From IMG/VR virus record IMGVR_UViG_2519899647_000001: DNA of 20,000 nt. One strand, given 5' to 3'. Made by a program: the position numbers and the translations under genes. The notes beneath the pieces are model-generated. The model saw nothing but the letters and a program-made list of their open reading frames with translations, did not search any database and was not told the origin of the DNA. The stretch comes from an uncultured virus (IMG/VR IMGVR_UViG_2519899647_000001). Its lineage: Duplodnaviria; Heunggongvirae; Uroviricota; Caudoviricetes. Position 1 is the stretch's first letter, and each line of letters begins with the position of its first letter. Shown here in pieces: positions 15,594 through 20,000 of the stretch.

Positions 15594-17155
15594 CGGCGAT
15601 ACCGGCTACTATCAGCCGGTACACGGCCACGCCGATAAACAGTATGAAGAAACGCCGCGTTGCCGGGTATGCCCGCGTTTCGACCGACCACGAAGACCAG
15701 ACCACAAGCTACGAGGCGCAGGTCGATTACTACACCAACTACATCAAGAGCCGGGACGATTGGGAGTTCGTTGCCATATACACGGACGAAGGAATCTCGG
15801 CAACGAACACCAAAAAACGCGAGGGCTTTAAGGCGATGATCGCCGATGCCCTTGCCGGGAAAATTGATCTCATCGTTACCAAGAGCGTGAGCCGTTTCGC
15901 AAGGAACACCGTGGATAGCCTTACCACGGTACGGCAGTTGAAGGATGCAGGCATTGAGATTTATTTTGAAAAAGAAAACATATGGACGCTGGATTCCAAG
16001 GGTGAGCTGCTCATAACAATCATGTCGAGTCTTGCGCAGGAAGAGAGCCGCTCCATTTCCGAAAACGTCACCTGGGGGCAACGCAAGCGTATGGCGAACG
16101 GCAAGGTCAGCTTTGCTTACAGTCGCTTCCTCGGTCTGGACAAGGATAAAGAAACGGGCAAGATCGTGGTCAATCCCGAACAGGCAGAAACCGTGCGGCT
16201 TATTTTCCATTTGTTCCTTGAGGGTATGACGCCACACTCCATCGCCGCGGAACTGACGCGCCGTGGTATTAAGACTCCTACAGGCAAGGATGTGTGGAAT
16301 CAACAGACGGTGCGCCGGATGCTCTCAAATGAGAAGTATAAAGGAGATGCACTTTTGCAGAAGGAGTTCACGGTAGATTTTCTTGAGAAAAAGATGAAAA
16401 AGAATGAAGGAGAAGTTCCTCAGTACTATGTGGAGGGAAACCACGAGGCAATCATCAGTCCTGCGGTGTTCGACATGGTGCAGGCAGAGATTGCAAAACG
16501 CACCAAGGGCGGCACTCGGTACAGTGGAGTGAGTATCTTCTCCAACAAAATTAGATGTGCCGACTGCGGCGGCTGGTACGGAGCGAAAACCTGGCATTCC
16601 ACAGACCGCTACCGCAAAGTCATCTACCGCTGCAACCGCAAATACAATGGTGAGAAGTGTCAGACTCTTCATGTCACTGAGGATGAGGTTAAAACTGCAT
16701 TCGTTTCAGCATACAATAAACTTGTGACGGAGAAGAAGGAAATCATCGCCAACGCGGAAATCATTCGTAGGACGCTTTGTGGAACCGATACCCTACGAGA
16801 AGAAAAAAGCAGGTTGGAGGACGAGATGTCTGTGCTTGTAGAAATGACACAGAACATCGTGGCAGAGAACGCTCGTATTGCGCAGGATCAGGACGAATAC
16901 CAGAAACGATATAATGGGCTTGTTCAGCGGTATGATGCGGTGAAAGCACGGTACGATGATGTGGTGGCCACCATCTCCGCCAAGGAAGCACAGAGCGAAC
17001 GGCTGGAAAACTTCATCAAGGTGCTGAAAGCACAAGACGGCACCATCCGGGAATTTGACTGTAGCCTTTGGGGCGGCATGGTTGAGTTCCTTACGGTCGG
17101 GAGGAACAAGGAAATAACGGTTACCTTTCGGGACGGAACGGAGATACAGGCATAA
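15575..17155 (+). CDS. Large serine recombinase 2 (catalytic + recombinase + zinc ribbon + coiled coil), 526 aa
   Basis: AGYARVST, DEGIS, TKSVSRFARN, NEKYKGD, HEAII, CADCG, long coiled coil, terminal VTFRDG. Confidence 0.95.
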   Translation: MAQRKVTAIPATISRYTATPINSMKKRRVAGYARVSTDHEDQTTSYEAQVDYYTNYIKSRDDWEFVAIYTDEGISATNTKKREGFKAMIADALAGKIDLIVTKSVSRFARNTVDSLTTVRQLKDAGIEIYFEKENIWTLDSKGELLITIMSSLAQEESRSISENVTWGQRKRMANGKVSFAYSRFLGLDKDKETGKIVVNPEQAETVRLIFHLFLEGMTPHSIAAELTRRGIKTPTGKDVWNQQTVRRMLSNEKYKGDALLQKEFTVDFLEKKMKKNEGEVPQYYVEGNHEAIISPAVFDMVQAEIAKRTKGGTRYSGVSIFSNKIRCADCGGWYGAKTWHSTDRYRKVIYRCNRKYNGEKCQTLHVTEDEVKTAFVSAYNKLVTEKKEIIANAEIIRRTLCGTDTLREEKSRLEDEMSVLVEMTQNIVAENARIAQDQDEYQKRYNGLVQRYDAVKARYDDVVATISAKEAQSERLENFIKVLKAQDGTIREFDCSLWGGMVEFLTVGRNKEITVTFRDGTEIQA

Positions 17156-17174
17156 CAGATACACATACATGAAT

Positions 17175-17204
17175 GGCACTCTACTACGGTGGAGTGCCTT
17201 TTTT
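17175..17204 (+). terminator. Intrinsic terminator after the recombinases
   Basis: GGCACTCTAC-TACG-GTGGAGTGCC hairpin followed by TTTTTT. Confidence 0.9.
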
Positions 17205-17213
17205 ATTATGTGA

Positions 17214-17244
17214 TTGAATTATTGTAAAATTCATGTTACAATAA
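17214..17244 (+). promoter_or_regulatory. SigA-type promoter overlapped by a 9-bp inverted repeat (candidate operator)
   Basis: TTGAAT (17214-19), 17-nt spacer, TACAAT (17237-42) with TGn extension; TTATTGTAA-N8-TTACAATAA palindrome at 17219-17244. Confidence 0.65.
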
Positions 17245-17295
17245 ATTGCACAATTAGTACAATTTATTTCACAATAGTTAGACGAGGTGAAGTTA

Positions 17296-17511
17296 ATGCT
17301 GAAGAACAATATTGAAGTCGATGTAAAGGTAAAATGTATAGAAGCAGGAACCACGCAGGCAAAGCTGGCGGAAGACGTGGGCACCACTCCGTCCTATGTG
17401 AATCGGCTCATAAAGAAAAACGAGAATATTGTAAATAAGACTTTCGTACAGATGCTGGAAACGCTGGGATACGATATTGAACTGACCTATGTAAAGCGCG
17501 AGGAGGAGTAA
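17296..17511 (+). CDS. XRE/Cro-family HTH regulator, 71 aa
   Basis: TQAKLAEDVGTTPSYVNRL HTH; GAGGTG RBS favours ATG 17296. Confidence 0.82.
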   Translation: MLKNNIEVDVKVKCIEAGTTQAKLAEDVGTTPSYVNRLIKKNENIVNKTFVQMLETLGYDIELTYVKREEE

Positions 17512-17515
17512 GACA

Positions 17516-18442
17516 ATGGTGAATTTGAGCAGACTGGAAGAAATAAAAGACCTACGGACGGTGTGGCCGCATGAAGCTCTGGACTTTACTCCGTGGCTTT
17601 CGCAGGACGATAACATCGCTCTCCTTGCGGATGCAGTGGGACTTGATATTACCGTTGATGAGACAGAGTCTTCCGTGGGAGATTTCAATGTCGATATCTT
17701 TGCGTCCGAGACAGGAACGGATCGGAAAATTATCATAGAGAATCAGCTGGAGGACACCAATCACGATCACCTCGGCAAGCTGATAACCTATGCGTCCGGC
17801 AAATCGGCGGATGTGATTATATGGGTCGTGAAACACGCTCGTGAAGAACACAAGGCGGCTATCGAATGGCTGAACAACCATACCGATGAGAAAATCGGAT
17901 TCTTCCTCTGTGAGATAAAACTGTATCGCATCGGTACTTCTGAACCTGCCGTGAAGTTTGAGGTCATTGAAAAACCGAACGACTGGACAAAGGAAGTAAA
18001 AAAGAGCGAGTCCGCAAATGAGACTCAGCAGCAGAGATACGATTATTGGGTGGCGTTCCAGGACTATGCTTTCCAAAATGCACAGTTTGCAAAGAACTTC
18101 AATCGCAGGAAGCCGTCTATGGATCATTGGATGAACTTCAGCGTGGGTTCTTCAGCCTGTCACATCGCCGTGTCGCAGATTCAAAAGCGGAACGAACTGG
18201 ATGTGGAACTGTATATCAGCGAGGATAAAGACCTGTTCCACTTCCTCTTCGATAATAAGGATGCAATTGAAGCCGATGCCAGTCTGACCTTCGACTGGCG
18301 GGAACTGCCGGAGCGTAAGGCAAGCCGTATCGTTATCGAGAAGAGCGTAACCTTCGGTGATAAGAATCAATGGAACGCACAGTTTGACTGGATAATCGAA
18401 GTCATGCTCAAGATGAAGAAGGCGTTCAAGAAATACTTATAA
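17516..18442 (+). CDS. PD-(D/E)XK-like nuclease fold fused to a DUF4268-like domain, 308 aa
   Basis: VWPHEALDFTPWL, VDIFA...IIIENQL..HDHLGKLITYA; C-terminal YW..F...W.ELP.RKASRI. Confidence 0.75.
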   Translation: MVNLSRLEEIKDLRTVWPHEALDFTPWLSQDDNIALLADAVGLDITVDETESSVGDFNVDIFASETGTDRKIIIENQLEDTNHDHLGKLITYASGKSADVIIWVVKHAREEHKAAIEWLNNHTDEKIGFFLCEIKLYRIGTSEPAVKFEVIEKPNDWTKEVKKSESANETQQQRYDYWVAFQDYAFQNAQFAKNFNRRKPSMDHWMNFSVGSSACHIAVSQIQKRNELDVELYISEDKDLFHFLFDNKDAIEADASLTFDWRELPERKASRIVIEKSVTFGDKNQWNAQFDWIIEVMLKMKKAFKKYL

Positions 18443-18471
18443 TTTGTCTTGTTTGAGGGAGAAGATACAGA

Positions 18472-19311
18472 ATGGGTGAGAAAGTATATAAGCCAATTGT
18501 AAAAGATGGAGACCATCTCATTCGTTCCAAGGATAATCCAGACCGCGTGAGAGGATTGACGCGGGACGAGAATAATCAGAATCCCGACATCATCGAGTGG
18601 GAAGAGTACGATGTTGACGATTTACGGAGCGATGATTATGATCCGTACCCTTATGAAGAACGGCGCGTTCAATTAACACCGGAGCAGGAAGAGTTTGCAC
18701 AGCAAGTGGGAGAAGCTCTGGGTGCGGCCATCGTAGCAGGAGGCATCTTGCTGTTTCGGGAGGTTATATCTCCTTGGTGGAAAAACACCGCATGGCCTTG
18801 GGTTAAGGAAAAGGGGCGCGGAATAAAAAATGCTGTCAGTGGGAAAAAGGAGCAAAAGACCACAACACCAGCAAAAACAGCTATTAAAAAACAAGCTGAG
18901 CCAGATAGACGGCTTGCAGATGTTTCTTCGCAGATTGATAAGGCGTTTGAACAATTTTACTTCGAGATGGATGAAGAGGAAGCCAAAGCTCATATGATGA
19001 GACTGGTCTATCATATGCTTGGCGTGGTAAATGAAATCCGGATAATCAGCAACGCTCGAATCAGGAAAGACTGTGAATCGGAAGAACTGTGTATCGAACG
19101 GCAGAAGGAAGCTGAGAAGTTTCTTTCGGAGAAAGTGGCTGCCGGTCTGGATCAGTTACTTTCAAATGAAAATCTACGACTGGACTTGAACACGTCAAGG
19201 GAATTGTTCTCATTGACTGGCGGAGGCGTTCGGCTCAATGGTGAATATGTTCCTGTGCAGGCGATAAAAATTGATGAGGCATTAAAGGCAATTCCAATGC
19301 CTCAGTCATAA
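18472..19311 (+). CDS. Hypothetical protein with one hydrophobic segment, 279 aa
   Basis: Long ORF with GAGGGAG RBS; ALGAAIVAGGILLF segment; no family recognised. Confidence 0.7.
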   Translation: MGEKVYKPIVKDGDHLIRSKDNPDRVRGLTRDENNQNPDIIEWEEYDVDDLRSDDYDPYPYEERRVQLTPEQEEFAQQVGEALGAAIVAGGILLFREVISPWWKNTAWPWVKEKGRGIKNAVSGKKEQKTTTPAKTAIKKQAEPDRRLADVSSQIDKAFEQFYFEMDEEEAKAHMMRLVYHMLGVVNEIRIISNARIRKDCESEELCIERQKEAEKFLSEKVAAGLDQLLSNENLRLDLNTSRELFSLTGGGVRLNGEYVPVQAIKIDEALKAIPMPQS

Positions 19312-19322
19312 AGGATGTATAT

Positions 19323-20000
19323 ATGAAGCAACTGAAAGAAAAAGAATACGAGGAATTCCAGCAGTACCTCTATAACAAGGCGCACGGGTACATTTGGACG
19401 CCGGACACGCTGGAACTGATATGCGGCGGCAATGATAACGAGCCGGAGCCGATTGGCAGACAGATGCTTGAAATGCTGGGCAGGGTGCGTAACGAGCATA
19501 TCTCCCACATGACGAGCGACAAGCACAAAAAATATGTGATCCGCAGCCTTCGTAAAGGTGAAACCGATCTGCTGAAGGACTTCTTGTATGAAGCAATCTT
19601 CATACCGAAGGGAGCGGAGCCGCCTGCGAGGGACATCATCGAGAAGCCGGAACTTCGTGTGTACACAGATGATTTCGGTACCCGGAAAGGCGATAACTGC
19701 CTGGTGGCTGATTTCGGTGGCAAGGTTGTCGGAGCGGTCTGGACAAGGATTATGGACGATTACGGCCATGTGGATGATGAGACACCGTCCTTCGCTATTT
19801 CGCTTTATAAGGAATATCGCGGTCAGGGCATCGGCTCACAGCTTATGGTGAAGATGCTCGAACTGCTGAAATGGCAGGGATATGAACAGGTGTCCTTGGC
19901 GGTGCAAAAGGCAAACTACGCCGTAAAGATGTATAAGAATGTCGGATTCAAGACGGTCGATGAGAATGCCGAAGAATATATTATGGTGTGCGAATTGTGA
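19323..20000 (+). CDS. GNAT acetyltransferase with a ~70-aa N-terminal extension, 225 aa
   Basis: Acetyl-CoA motif EYRGQGIGSQL, SLAVQKANYAVKMYKNVGF; stop at 19998-20000. Confidence 0.88.
   Translation: MKQLKEKEYEEFQQYLYNKAHGYIWTPDTLELICGGNDNEPEPIGRQMLEMLGRVRNEHISHMTSDKHKKYVIRSLRKGETDLLKDFLYEAIFIPKGAEPPARDIIEKPELRVYTDDFGTRKGDNCLVADFGGKVVGAVWTRIMDDYGHVDDETPSFAISLYKEYRGQGIGSQLMVKMLELLKWQGYEQVSLAVQKANYAVKMYKNVGFKTVDENAEEYIMVCEL

Larger units (their letters stand above)
1..17204 (+). mobile_element. Temperate siphovirus-like prophage: tail, lysis and integration modules (extends beyond the left edge; may include the cargo to the right)
   Basis: Canonical colinear order gp10-terminator-MTP-chaperone-TMP-Dit-Tal-holin-lysin followed by two large serine recombinases. 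No att site identified. Confidence 0.93.

Noticed and set aside
15230..16303. 357-aa minus-strand ORF, and similar antisense ORFs such as 11552-12313 and 2211-2783
   Set aside because: They lie wholly opposite well-supported genes and show no recognisable motifs; typical shadow ORFs.
17156..17290. Definite attR prophage boundary
   Set aside because: Cannot be called without the other end or an empty-site sequence; the palindrome is explained at least as well as an operator.
19323..20000. Aminoglycoside acetyltransferase resistance gene
   Set aside because: Generic GNAT motifs only; no recognisable similarity to a named AAC family.

Overview
Right-hand part of a temperate siphovirus-like prophage, probably from a Firmicutes (Clostridia-like) host, with every credible gene on the + strand. 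Order: end of an HK97 gp10-like gene, tail terminator, major tail protein, tail chaperone with a -1 programmed frameshift, tape measure, Dit, a LamG-Tal tail-tip protein, two small genes that each look like the missing second half of a carbohydrate-binding jelly-roll begun at the Tal C-terminus, a large GH18 hydrolase, terminator, holin, amidase+GH73 endolysin, an iteron/AT-rich origin-like element, terminator, HTH-zinc-finger gene, small SHOCT-like gene, two tandem large serine recombinases, terminator, and an accessory operon (XRE HTH, PD-(D/E)XK-like/DUF4268 protein, unknown membrane-anchored protein, GNAT) with its own promoter and operator. Most interesting: the split tail-tip domain with two alternative partners, the GH18 barrel with a ~545-aa insertion, the origin-like element after the lysin, the asymmetric recombinase pair, and the candidate defence operon. 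Family assignments come from motif recognition and gene order only; no searches were run.
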